Shown: piece after piece, positions 47,388-58,969 of the stretch
Numbering within the stretch: position 1 is the first letter of the stretch
Layout: every line of letters starts with the position of its first letter
Source: Neoechinorhynchus agilis
Taxonomy: Eukaryota > Animalia > Acanthocephala
Assembly (NCBI GenBank): GCA_051530055.1
Contig: CM121342.1
Location: 12,477,480-12,541,479, forward strand
Direction of reading: 5' to 3'
DNA: 64,000 bases
Program-made: the position numbers and the translations under genes
The notes under the pieces: model-generated
Told to the model about the DNA's origin: nothing
Database searches by the model: none
The model's input: only the letters and a program-made list of their open reading frames with translations

Positions 47388-48833
47388 GTGGAGATGTTAT
47401 CTGTTTCACAACTTCTCTTTATTCTCGAATTCTTAAATCAGTCGAATAGGAAACCGGTTGACAAATGTGAAATAATATACAATACAGCCGATATAATTAT
47501 GATAAATTGTGATTTTAGTAGTTCGAAATCCGGTAATGTACTTCCAAACTTAACTGATGCAATTCATGGAGTCGACGAAGCTCACGTCTATGTACTATTC
47601 TTATCTGGAGTTTCAATTGACGACATTCCAATAAACTTAAAACGCGTATTTCCTAATTTAACCTACTTATTCGTAAAACATTACAATGCTATTCCATTCT
47701 ACCAATCAATCGATTTTATTAGCAACGTGAAAGCAGTGTACGTTACTCAGATGGACATTCCGAACATCAGTCTGCATCACGAATGTCTAACGAAGGAACT
47801 CCATCTGACGGAAAGCAATATCATCCATCTCGACAACAAATTGGGAACGATGCTGCCTCAATTAGAAATACTCGATCTTAGAAGAAACCATTTGAGTGCT
47901 TTGGATGAACTTGTTGACTTTTGCAAACTAAGAGAACTTTACCTCGACCAAAACCTGATTGAAATATTACGGTTCTCATCAAGAAGTTGCTTTGAGAGTT
48001 TAGAGATACTTTCTGCTTTAGGCAATCACATTTTCGCAGTGAATATTGAACAAGGGCTTAAATTAGGTAATTTAAAAGAAATTCACATTTCTTTGCTATC
48101 TAGGATTGATCATGGAATGCAAGTTTTGCAGAAGATATCAAGCATGGAAACAATAACTATTGAAAATTCAGTTGACCACAGATATGATGCATCCAAGTTG
48201 AATGATACTCTTAACAATCTACAAACCTTAAAATTTGTTGATGGACATTTGAAAGCGTTCCCTCGAGGAGGTCAACTTACTAATAATACTATTAGGATCA
48301 TGTCACTGGCCAGTAATTCGATCGTAAAAATAGTGCAATCAGATTTCTCACACTGGCGAGGATTGCAATCCCTGGATCTTGCAAATAACCAACTCAAATC
48401 CATTCCGGATGATGCCTTTATATTCTTAGAAAATCTTAACGTTCTTAATCTTACGGGAAACAAATTGTCCGTCGATATTGTACTTCCACCACTTAGGAAA
48501 CTTTATTCAAGCTTTCTCATCTCTTTGGACAAAACCTCCTTTGTGTGGATCGATACCAAAATCAAGGAAAATCTTGCCCTTTTAAATTCCACGCGTTCAC
48601 GAGCTCAAATGTCTCATGAAGGAATTGTTAATTCTCTTCTTGATCATTTTTCAACCTTCTTCATTCCCTCTATCAATTATCCGTACGAATGGAAGGGAAA
48701 AAGGATAGTGGAGAAGCGTCAAAAAGAGGAATTTCCGAGCGGAGTTTCACCGAGAAAGGAGCTGAAAAATGCTGTAGCCTTAAATAGCAATTTCACGATG
48801 TCAAAACTTTTTCATTTCGGCATTGGAAGATGA
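47388..48833 (+). CDS. Leucine-rich repeat protein, copy B; first ATG at 47394
   Basis: 481-aa ORF (479 aa from the ATG) with 8 amino-acid differences from copy A and no disruptions. Confidence 0.9.
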   Translation: MEMLSVSQLLFILEFLNQSNRKPVDKCEIIYNTADIIMINCDFSSSKSGNVLPNLTDAIHGVDEAHVYVLFLSGVSIDDIPINLKRVFPNLTYLFVKHYNAIPFYQSIDFISNVKAVYVTQMDIPNISLHHECLTKELHLTESNIIHLDNKLGTMLPQLEILDLRRNHLSALDELVDFCKLRELYLDQNLIEILRFSSRSCFESLEILSALGNHIFAVNIEQGLKLGNLKEIHISLLSRIDHGMQVLQKISSMETITIENSVDHRYDASKLNDTLNNLQTLKFVDGHLKAFPRGGQLTNNTIRIMSLASNSIVKIVQSDFSHWRGLQSLDLANNQLKSIPDDAFIFLENLNVLNLTGNKLSVDIVLPPLRKLYSSFLISLDKTSFVWIDTKIKENLALLNSTRSRAQMSHEGIVNSLLDHFSTFFIPSINYPYEWKGKRIVEKRQKEEFPSGVSPRKELKNAVALNSNFTMSKLFHFGIGR

Positions 48834-48839
48834 TAAATT

Positions 48840-49700
48840 GATTTAAATTTCAATTTTAGAAAGGAATAAACTATTAACAAATATCGTGAAGGTTTAGCAG
48901 CATTTCAGATTATTTATCCCTCAAACTAACTCACTTTGTAATGATCAAAAGAACTGGATCACTTGACAAGATTGCATAGAGCACCAGTATCGCATAGATA
49001 AAGGCTTCCACAATCAACGGAACAAAATTCTTCGCCATAAAAGGTGACACAAAAAGACCTAAGCATTCGAATTTAAGAGCTAGAAGATATCAAATGCTAT
49101 TGAGGATATTTTTCACAGCCTAATATATGTAGGGTAGGAAAAATAGGCAGGATGTAAATAATAATTTCCGAATAAATTCTTTACATCTTTTAAAATTCAA
49201 TTAAAATATCCAAGAAATGCCCTTATTCAGCGCTTCAGCAAGCGGACCATGCAAGATACACTTACTCAAACGAAATGGCTGCGAGCCAGAATGGAAATAC
49301 GAAATGGTTTTTCGGACATAGGCCCACAGACCAACTTTGGCGAAACAAAATCTCAAAGATCGTTAAGAGAAGCCGTCTGTCAATAAAATGTCAATTCGAC
49401 TTCCGACCCTCCATGACAATGGGGAACATAATTTTGCCGGAAATACCATGAAATAGAGAAAAGGCTGTTGTCTACAAAGTTTCTTGTAGCCATTGAAACA
49501 GCAGTTACACTCGCCAAACAAGCTGAAATCCTAAGATGAGATTTGACGAACATAAGCGCTCCGATACGCGTCGATTGTCGCGCTGAACGAGGTAAAAACG
49601 GATCACGTTATAGATTATGGTTAATATATGATTTGAGCGAGTTAGACTGTCTTAATTGATTAACGGAAAAGGATTTGAACGACCAAGGAAGTTAAAAACG
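48840..49700 (+). mobile_element. Decayed PLE thumb, linker and GIY-YIG remnant (right arm)
   Basis: KYPRNALIQ (~49205), FRPSMTMGNIIL (~49400), EKAVVYKVSCSH*NSSYTRQTS*NPKMRFDEHKR (~49458-49560). Confidence 0.72.
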
Positions 49701-50058
49701 TTCCCTTAAAATCTACATGATCATAGTGACCAAACGAAGTTCAAAACGAACGGTTACTATAAAAAAATGCCATCCACATGAATTTCGTTACAATCAACAT
49801 CGCTTTATTATCCTTTTCCAATGTATTATTTTTTGGTTGTGAATAATATGATCGATTTTATAAATACAAAAAGGAAAAAAGCACGGGTTAGACCCGAATT
49901 TAAATTCTCTAAATAAATTACTATTCGTACATTCATTTACAATTTACTCGACTTGAAAGACTTGTTTTTAGACTGGGATTCTCGCTTTGTTTTCGTAAAA
50001 TAATTTCTAAGCCTCTGCCTTTCTTGGTCCGTCTCGTCGGACTTCTTCAGGTTGCTTG

Positions 50059-51050
50059 TAAGTTTTTAGCACAGATTCATCCTCGGTTTCTTCACACGAG
50101 AGCCGCGAGAGTACATCCGCCATGTTATTCTCCTGTCCTTTTATATGTTCCAAGACGTATTTGTACTGTGAAAGTATCAATCTCCAACGCACTAATCGGT
50201 GGTTTACTACTTTTCGCAAATCTCTCTTATCGCCGAATACCTAATTCAGTTGCTTATTGTCAGTTTTCAGCACAAATTCACGGCCGGCCAGAAACATGTT
50301 GAATTGGGTGACTCCGGGCACCAGAGCGAGTGCTTCTCTATCGATTTAGCATATTTTTGCTCCGCGGCTTTCAATGTTTTGGACGCATACGCTACTGGTC
50401 GATACATTTCTTTGTGTGCTTCTTGTAGTAGAACAGCGCCGACTCCTCGCTCACATGCATCACAAATAACCTGCAATTTACTCTGGCGTCAGCCAAAGCA
50501 TCCTTGATCTTTTTGATTTGGTTTGTCATCTCATCTAACCATGCCCATACACATTTCGAACTGGTCAGTTTATACAAACCTGCACACTTGGCTTGTATAT
50601 TTGGTAGGAACTTCTGCAAAAAGTTTACCGATCCAAGAAATGCTCGGAGTTCTCTTGCATTCGTTGGTGTTTTCATGTTTTGAATCGCTTTGATCCTCTC
50701 GTTACTTGGTCGAATTGAATTGTTATCCAAAATATGGTCCAAAAACGACACTTGTTGAAGAAAAATGCATTTATTTCCTCTTATTCGCATTCCAGCTTTC
50801 TGCAGCCCTTTTAACACTTCTTTCAATCTGTTTAAATGACTATCAATATCTGCAATCAACTGTTCCATATAGCGCTGGAACATTAACGGCGCTGCTGAAA
50901 CCCCGAATGGAAGCTGACAATATCGAAAATATCCGATGGGTGTGGCGATTGTCAACATAAAACGTGAATTCGGTTCCACCGTCATCTTTAAGTATGCCTC
51001 TTTTAAATCTAGTACTGAATATTTCTTTCCATTAGCAGCCAGCAACATAA
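50059..51050 (-). mobile_element. Gypsy RT/RNase H fragment with internal deletions (YxDD segment missing)
   Basis: LDLKEAYL, YCQLPFGVSAAPLMFQ, LRAFLGSVNFLQKF, CDACERGVGAVL, RPVAYASKTL, RLVRWRLIL. Confidence 0.88.
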
Positions 51051-51799
51051 AATTCGCTGCTGTTAAACTGGGAGAGCAGCATCCGTCTCAGAGGGTAGCA
51101 AAAGGCTAAAGAAAGAAATTATTTCGTTCCCTTTGGTCGTCGAGACACTGGGATCGTTTGGTACCGCGGAGCAGCACCTGGCCCAGGAATTGTCGAAGAG
51201 TGAGATGAATTACTGACGATGCGAAAGTCGGAGCATTTCTCCTGCAAAACTTAAGCCTGGCTGTGTAACGGGGAAGGACGCTGCATCCGCCCTTTCGACC
51301 ACTACACCAGGACAGTAGTTGAGTAATCTAAAGCATGGGCGTGAATGTTTATAAACTCTTTTTGATTAAAAAAATATCAGATAATTTTCGCAATTGTAGC
51401 ATCTACGCCATAGAACTTAAATAGATCATTGTTGCATATAAGGAGCTTGAGAGATTTGATTAAAATTGCTAGAATTCCCCGTTTACTCGGATGATAAGTG
51501 TTCAGCCTTCACGAGGGAGCCTTGCTTCATTAGCAATCTAAAACGATTTTAGTTGTTTTGTATTTAATTGCTCGAGTACGTTGAATCGCTATTCCCGAGG
51601 TTCGCAGAACGAATGCTCGCTCCTTGCGTTGTGTGGCGTTTTTAATTGTTGTTTTATTTATGTCCGTTGTCCTACAAAATGAGTCCCATCTTGCTTCGTC
51701 GATCCATGGAATGAAAAACTAGCAATAAAACAACAAAAGCTTCCATAACAAATGATTAGTTAACGAACCAACCGGCACGTTTTTTAGGATCATTAAGGG

Positions 51800-54680
51800 T
51801 ATCCATTCCCATACAATCACCCCTTACCAACAATTTTGGTGGCCAAATAACAAAAATTAGGGAACACGCACACCGTAACGCGGCGGAGACAAAAAAATTA
51901 AATAACGAAGTTCAAGCTTGCTAGCTTCCCAATGCACGACATATTATGGCTTGGTCTGCTCGCTGCATTTCCTTCAATATTTCGCAAATCCGCTCTGCTG
52001 ACTGTCATGATTGCGCACACACGATGTCTATATTCTAACTCGACAATCACACCTCGCATGTACACTCATATAAATATAACTCAAACGTTCTTCGTCGATC
52101 AATAACGTAATACAACTGTACATCACTGCGCACATCACTGCATCCTCTCCCTCGCCGACTTCACATATTCGTCGTAAGGAAGTACCGGTTAACCTCGAAC
52201 TCTGCTTCTTCTAGGCATCATCTCATCCTGATCTGTCTCTACCATTGGAATCCTTCCGTTGTTGACTTGGTAGTTCGCTGTAGTTCCCTCTTCCATTCCT
52301 CTTTCTTGTCATCGATTTGTGTTCATCTTCTCCTCGTTCTTCCTTGCACTATATTTAATTTCGCGACTCCTCTGGATGACCCTCCGCTACTTCACTATCG
52401 CAACGGGCTCCCGCTCCTTATCTTGTGCGCTCAGAGCATAATATGCTGGCCCTGACGCTTCCTTGATCACTCTCTTGGTCCATACTTGATCTCTCGGGGA
52501 ACGGTAAAATACCTTATCTCCCTTTTGAAATAAACGTGATTGAGACCTTTTATCGTGCCATTTTTTCTGCTTACGCATATTCTCATTCATCGTTGGTTCC
52601 AAAGACGGCCTCATTCATAGTCGTTTGTGGTGAGTTTCTATAGCTCAGCAAAAATCGATGGACTACCAATGACCTATCGTTGCTCTTAACGAATAAAGCG
52701 CTCGTTTTTAACGTTTTGATGAATCTTTCCACTAGTCCATTGGTTTTTGGATGATAGGGAGAACCTGTCACGCGCTTGATCCCATTCGCCCTGCAAAAAT
52801 CTTTGAAATTCGTGGAAACGAATTGCGGACCATTGTCGCTGACAATTGTCTCAGGAACTCCCCATCTCGCATACGCTTGTCTCAAACTGACTATCGTTGC
52901 CTGAGATGTAAATCCCGTACCGGATGTCCACATCTCCGGATATTTTGAGTATGCGTCAATCGCTACTAGATACATTTTGTTTTCCACCGGGCCGGCCAAA
53001 TCAACGTGAACTCGCTTCCACGGGCCCGGTGGAATGTCCCAATTTAGAAGCCGGATTTCGGGTACATTCAGCCTTAGCCTTTGGCATTCAGCACATGTAC
53101 TCACTCTGCGTTTTATATCGTTGTCCATCGAAGGCCACCAGCAGTAGTAACGAGCCACGGCTTTAGTCGCTGCTTCGCCCGCGTGTCCATGCATCATGTC
53201 CAAAAATTGTTTTCGAAGATTCTTTGGCACTATCACCCCTTTGAAGCCACATCGCAATCCCATTTTCCAATGATGACTCATCTTTTCTTTGAAAGTATGA
53301 TTTATATTCCTAATCGACTTTTACCGGCCATCCTGATCGAATGAACTGTTTGATTTTAGTGAGCTCCATGTCTTTCTTCGACTCACTCGTTAAACTTTGC
53401 ACCGAGATTCTGAAACGATCCATCTTCTCTTCTTGAATAATGTTTATAGTATCGTCCGTTTGACCCACATCCCCCATCTTCACATCGAACATCCTTGACA
53501 GAGTATCTGCTATCTGATTGTTCTTGCCTTTTATATGTTGTTGTGGTAGCTGGCATCAGTAGATCGAAAAATCTACTGTCGCCGCACAAGAATGGGTTTT
53601 TTATTCAACATAGCACGGGAAACGTTAACATGAACCTTATGGCGTCGTTAATGGTCACTACAATGTTCGATTTTATAATTGTATTGTTGTAACTTGAGTA
53701 ACCATCGCACCAACTGACTATTCGTCATCTTTGGTAAGTCTCGTCTTTCGCCAAAGATAAATTTCCGTGGCTTATGATCCGGATGAAATTTTTCTATTCC
53801 GAAAACAATCGATAAAGCCTCCCTCTCAATAGGGACATAATGCTTTACCGCTTCGTTTAGTAATCTCGATGCATATCCAATCGGTTCTACTTTATCCGCA
53901 CCCATATCGTGAAAAAATGCCGCGCTTAGTCCCCGTTCGCTGGCGCCGCACATCAACAACAATGATAGTTTGTTCGAGTATGTCACCAATCGTTCTGGTC
54001 GCTTCAATGCTTCCTTCACGCACAGAAACGCGTGCTTGTGTTCCGAATTCCATATCCATTTCGACTTGGGCACATTAACGAGTTCGTACAGTGGCGCACA
54101 CCGAGATTGAAAATTCGCAACGAATTTGGCGCGGAAATTGGCTAACCCGAGGAAAGAACGAAGCTCCGCTGCGTTCCTGCGTTCCGCTGCATTAACTAAA
54201 GCAATCGTCTTCGATTCGGTGGGCATTATACCTTCCTATCAGATGCGGCATCCTAAATACTGTACTTCTTTCCTCATTATTTTGCATTCGATGCTACCAG
54301 TCGCCTGAACACTTCCTCCAATTTATTCTGGTGCTCTGCTGGGTTCGTTCCTCCAACAATAATATCGTACATATAAGCGCCGACCCCTGAAATGTCATCC
54401 AATAGTTTGTCGATCATCTTCTGAAAGATCGTTGGCGCTGCGCTTATCCCAAACGGCATCCGCAAGTATCGATAGTAACCCTAGGGAATGGTAATCGTCA
54501 GCGACCGACTAATTTCCTCACTCATCTTTAGTTGGAAATATGCCTCTCTTAAATAGATCGTGGTAAAAATCGAACATTCAGCTGCATTCTGCACCAGATC
54601 CTCGAAAGTCGGCATTTGATATTCGTCGTAGTCCAGGAAATTATTAAGCGTAACTCGAAAATCCCCACACAATCTTAAAT
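51800..54680 (-). mobile_element. 5'-truncated Gypsy (Mag-like) element: RT, RNase H, integrase, PPT and a 3' LTR starting at 52142
   Basis: CGDFRVTLN, RMPFGISAAP, PIGYASRLL, GHAG...WWPSMD..C..C, VHVDLAGP, VSDNGPQF, YHPKTNGLVERF; PPT ggcgagggagagga followed by TG; LTR end not determined. Confidence 0.88.
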
Positions 54681-54685
54681 TTAAA

Positions 54686-56650
54686 TTACTCTTGCAGACT
54701 ACTACTAGCGGGGTCGCCCACTCTATATGCTCGTTTGCACCTATCTCCCTCAGGACTCACAGGACTGTTTTTCTTCGATAACAATTTTTTAATTACGCAA
54801 TCTACTACGCCTATAAAAGGGTCTCTCATCTTGAGGTGCAAGAAAATGAAAACATCATCCGCGTAACTCAAAAACGGGCATTTGAAACTTTTTTGAAATG
54901 CTTCATAATACCGATCATCCCGACAACAAACATAGTGCGTGCTAACGGAGACCCTTGTGGAACCCCGTACATTGAGAAAAATTGATTTTTGTCAGGATCT
55001 AGTACCAGAATATAGGATTTAGATTCCATAAGGAACTGAATCCGTTTCAATAATTTATCAGGGAGTTTCAGCTCTTTATAAACATCATAAAATAGTTCCA
55101 ACTTATCGCGTCAAACGCTTTATTGATTTTCGACCTGCAATAAGGTTTTATTAACACCCCCATATTTTTTGTTTAAGTTTGTTAGGTCCATAAACAGAGA
55201 ATCCACCCCGTATCCTGGGACAAACCCATGAAAGCTTTGTGGGATTAAGCGTCTCTTTATTATTACCTCCAGTAATTCAGAATTCGTCACCTTCTCCAAT
55301 AAGGACACAATGGGGTTTTGAATGGAAATGAAATGCACATCTCCCGGGGATTGAATTTTCCCCTTCGTTTTTGGGGTGATTGTTTTCCGAACAACATTGA
55401 TTATCTGAAAACAACGAAACTACCAACCAACAAACGCCAAAAAGGTGCTGCCCTAAAATGCATTCCACCACCTCGGATATGAAATGCTCCCAATCCAGTT
55501 CGTTGCTTTCAACTTCCAGTCCACCCATTTTTTAAAATTTACGTTCCAAAAAGCTTTGGATCATTTGCCGGTTCTATCTAATGCATCTCTGTCCCTAATC
55601 TCTGTCCAAAATCATTGCCGCTAGCCTCCGCTATTCTAGAAAAAAACGAAACTTTCGGTTAGCTAGTTTAGAAAGGCGGAAACGGCGTGTGTGGGCAAAA
55701 GTCACCAAGTGGCGGTGCGCTGCTTCGGAAACAGCATCATTTAGTGAACAAAAATCCAAGGTGTGTTTGTGTTTTGTTTGAAGGTTTACGAATAAAGGTT
55801 ACTCATGTCAATCACCTCCCCCCTTCTACACTGAAATCCGGTATGGCTCCATTCGCAACACTTTGAGCATTGTCTTAGCACAAAATTCTGAATAGATTCT
55901 CATCCAGTATGCCATAAATCCAAACTCCCTGCCTCGAACTGTATCAAGCCGATCTTGGGTTCCTGTAACCAGTAAAACATAAGTCTCATGTCCCTGATTT
56001 TTGCGTAAATATTTAATAGGAATGAGGCCAAACACCTTTTCAAAGTTCTTAAAGTCTTCCTCCGACATAATAGGGGTGGATTAAACACCATCGCTGTAAC
56101 TCTTCTTGAAATATCCGTATATTTTATATTTTGATTTTAGCAGTTACTAAAACAGGTTTTTACCTTCTACTTCCATGAAGATTAGCAGGGCGGACCACTT
56201 AGCCAGAAAGGCTCTTTTAATTAGATATTTTCTACCCCCTCCAATTTCTTAACAGCTAGATCATCCCTATAATAGATAATAGTAAGATCATCAAGGGAAA
56301 ACTCCGCCATATCCTCCATCCTCACCCTAATCCCAAAATCATCCTCTTTCCTGGGTAAACGAGATATGCCTATTATCTATCCTTTGCGAATGCCCGGACC
56401 CGCCTCATCCATAACTTTGCCATAAAAGCGACCCTTAAAACCGGGATATAAGAGCCTGAAAATACTGACATGTTTCGGCTTGTGCCTGATCCACATCTAT
56501 AGCTTCAACTCCTCCACGGTCATCAGGAGGATCTGGAGGTCTCGGATACTCGAAACTATCGTTTTCCGTTCGGACGCAATTTTCGTTATTACAAAAACCA
56601 CGTATCTTCCAACTGTTGTTAAACATGTCGCTGATCGGTAGTTTTAAACT
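54686..56650 (-). mobile_element. Internally deleted copy of the divergent I-group-like LINE; 55701-56650 is an inverted near-identical copy of 359-1326
   Basis: RPPDPPDDRGG, FEKVFGLIPIKYL; RT remnants ISIQNP, FHGF, GVPQGSPL, YADD. Confidence 0.82.
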
Positions 56651-57100
56651 AAAGTTTTGGTACCTTTCATGGTGTTGGGCGCGCGGAGATATAGTTAAGG
56701 TCTCAAGTGTAAAACGTCTTTTGAGGTTTTGCTCTCTCGCCACAAAATACGTGCAATTAAAATCTGCACGATGTTGTAGAGTATCTTGTCGATTATCTTT
56801 TGCGGCGGAGATTCTCTTCTTGATGCCCCGCAGGTTCAATGTTTATCTTTTTCTTGAGAGTGTTTTCGATTGTGATTAATTTATTGTGGTACAACAGAAC
56901 TCCAGTCTTCGTCTTCAATAGCGAGTGGATCGACCAATAAGTTTTATCTTTGATCAAGTTCTATCTTTCGAAGGTAACAGAATCTAAAGGCTAATTTGTG
57001 TTGCGTGGCCGGTAATCACATCTTTGGATTGCACAGTCTATTATCAAGCGAGGATATCCCTTTCAATTCTTCGGCGATCCTTTCCGTTTCTTTATGCAGA
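56651..57100 (-). mobile_element. Decayed PLE remnant (thumb and GIY-YIG C-terminus)
   Basis: LHKETERIAEELK.GYPRLIIDCAI; QHRADFNCTYFVAREQNLKRRFTLETL resembles KHRADFGDTYFLEKEK-NLKRRLVLEAL at ~63920-63997. Confidence 0.7.
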
Positions 57101-57101
57101 A

Positions 57102-57510
57102 CTGCACATTAAGGACGGCCCAACGGTTGTTATTGAGATCTAGAAACTAAACGTCGAGCAATATAGAATGTTCGCAGAAGATATGAATGCTCTCTTCACC
57201 AATGCCCCACATTTTAAAACGATTGAATTATCGGCTGACTCATCAATCATTGCAACGGCCACAGTCCACATCAAGGACGACCAAACATTTGAGGTTGAGA
57301 TCAAGAAACTAAAGGTCGATTAATATAGAATGTTAACAGTAAATGTGAATGCTCTCTTAATCAATGCCGCACATTCTAAAACGATTGAATTATCGGCTGA
57401 CTCACGAATCATTGCAACAGCCACAGTGCACATTAAAGGCGGGCCAACGTTTTTTGGTTGAGATCTAGAAACTAAACGTCGAGCAATATAGAACGCTTGC
57501 GATCGATGTG
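57102..57510 (+). repeat. Third, more diverged cluster of the 162-bp PLE-RT satellite (~2.5 monomers)
   Basis: aaaacgattgaattatcggc at 57216 and 57378; reads LHIKDGPT...KLNVEQYRMFAEDMNALFTNAPHFKTIEL. Confidence 0.9.
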
Positions 57511-57559
57511 AATGCCCAACTTTAGCAGTTTTCAGGCATGAGGGGGAGATGCCATATTA

Positions 57560-58880
57560 AAAGCTGAGGTTTATGATGTGGGTAAGAGATTCGAGAAGTT
57601 CGGGGATGATGCAGCGAAGAGCCCAGTTTGGGATTGCTAGACAAGAAATGATACGAAAAATCTCCAACTTATCAGCGAGAAACATCCTTGACCCACTGGT
57701 CATCTAGAATATTCGGAGATGATCCCCTCGTGCACCTCGTCAGAATTTTCGGTTGATGTTGTTAAGACTGCCGTTTCTTCGTTCGCAAAAGGATCAGCAC
57801 ATGGGCTTCGGCCTCAGCACCTAAAGGACATGATGTCCTTCTCCGTAGGTGATTCATCTCGTGTTCTCCTTAACGCATTGACTGGGTTAGTCGTCGTTTT
57901 CTCTGGAGACAACTTGTCTTCCAAAGCGATAGAATTGTTTTTTGGCGCTTTCTGCGCTTTAGAAAAGAGGGACGATGGGATTCGTCCCATCGCGATTGGC
58001 TCTACATTGAGACGACTAACAGGGAAAGTGATTTTTAGGCGAGTCTCAGAAGGTGTTGCTGAAATTCTTTGTCCAGTTCGACTAGGTTGCTGCACACCTT
58101 GCGGGCCGGAAGCCATGGTCGACGCACTCCGTACATTTGTTATTGAGAACGTCAAACCGTGTGTGATCCTAAAATTAGGTTTCTCGGAACGCCTTCAATT
58201 CCGTTAATCGCGACTCTCTCTTAAAAGCTGTCAGAGATCACGCACCGGAGGCTTAAGGTTATTTTAGAAATTCGTACGGAGCTGCGACCCCTCTTGTATT
58301 CAACGATCACATCATTCCTTCCGAAAGAGGCGTTCAACCGGGAGATCCGTTAGGTCCCATTGGTTTCGCGCTCACCGTGAACAAATTAGCACATTCTTTT
58401 GATGCGGAATTCAATGCCTAGCACTTGGACGAAGCTACGCTGGGAGGCGATCCCCAGGTAGTTCTTGGTGACCTGGAGAAAATCAAGATGGGGGCAAGTA
58501 AGCTAGGCATTGAATTGAGCACAGAAAAGTGCGAAATTCTATTCTGTAACATAGATAGGGGCCCTGCAAAAGACGTAATAAAGCGCGACTTTGAAAATGT
58601 TGCACCCGGGATAGAAACGATCGACCTAGACCGGCTTAAGCTTTTAGGCAGTTGCGTCTTTGATGGGAAGCGAAATTATCGGTGCTTTGAGATAGGGTCT
58701 GTGAGCTTGGATCACGCGAGGCTCTGTTCTTGATAAAGAACACCCTCCTCATCCATAAGTTCCTTTATGCTCTACGCACTGCGTCGTACAGCTTGGCAAG
58801 CTAGATAACAGATTGAAGGACTGTCGTGAGCAAGTTTTAAATGTCCAGCTGTCAGAAGAGACGTAGCTACGCAAAGTTAA
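57560..58880 (+). mobile_element. Decayed CRE-clade RT fragment
   Basis: GLRPQHLKDM, GIRPIAIGSTLRRL, GVQPGDPLGP, LDEATLGG, EKCEIL; stops and frameshifts. Confidence 0.82.
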
Positions 58881-58969
58881 TTCGTCACTTAAAGAAAAAT
58901 TGTTGGACCCGGCTACTATGTTCGGGATTGACTACTCATTCGACAATAAAGAATTTTTAAGACTTCGCG

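Larger units (their letters stand above)
45490..50058 (+). repeat. Right arm of the large inverted duplication
   Basis: Reverse complement of 26224-30936 apart from one ~480-bp indel and the monomer count. Confidence 0.93.

Noticed and set aside
56435-56839. 134-aa ORF as a gene
   Set aside because: Chance fusion of a PLE GIY-YIG C-terminus to the LINE ORF1 N-terminus at 56650.
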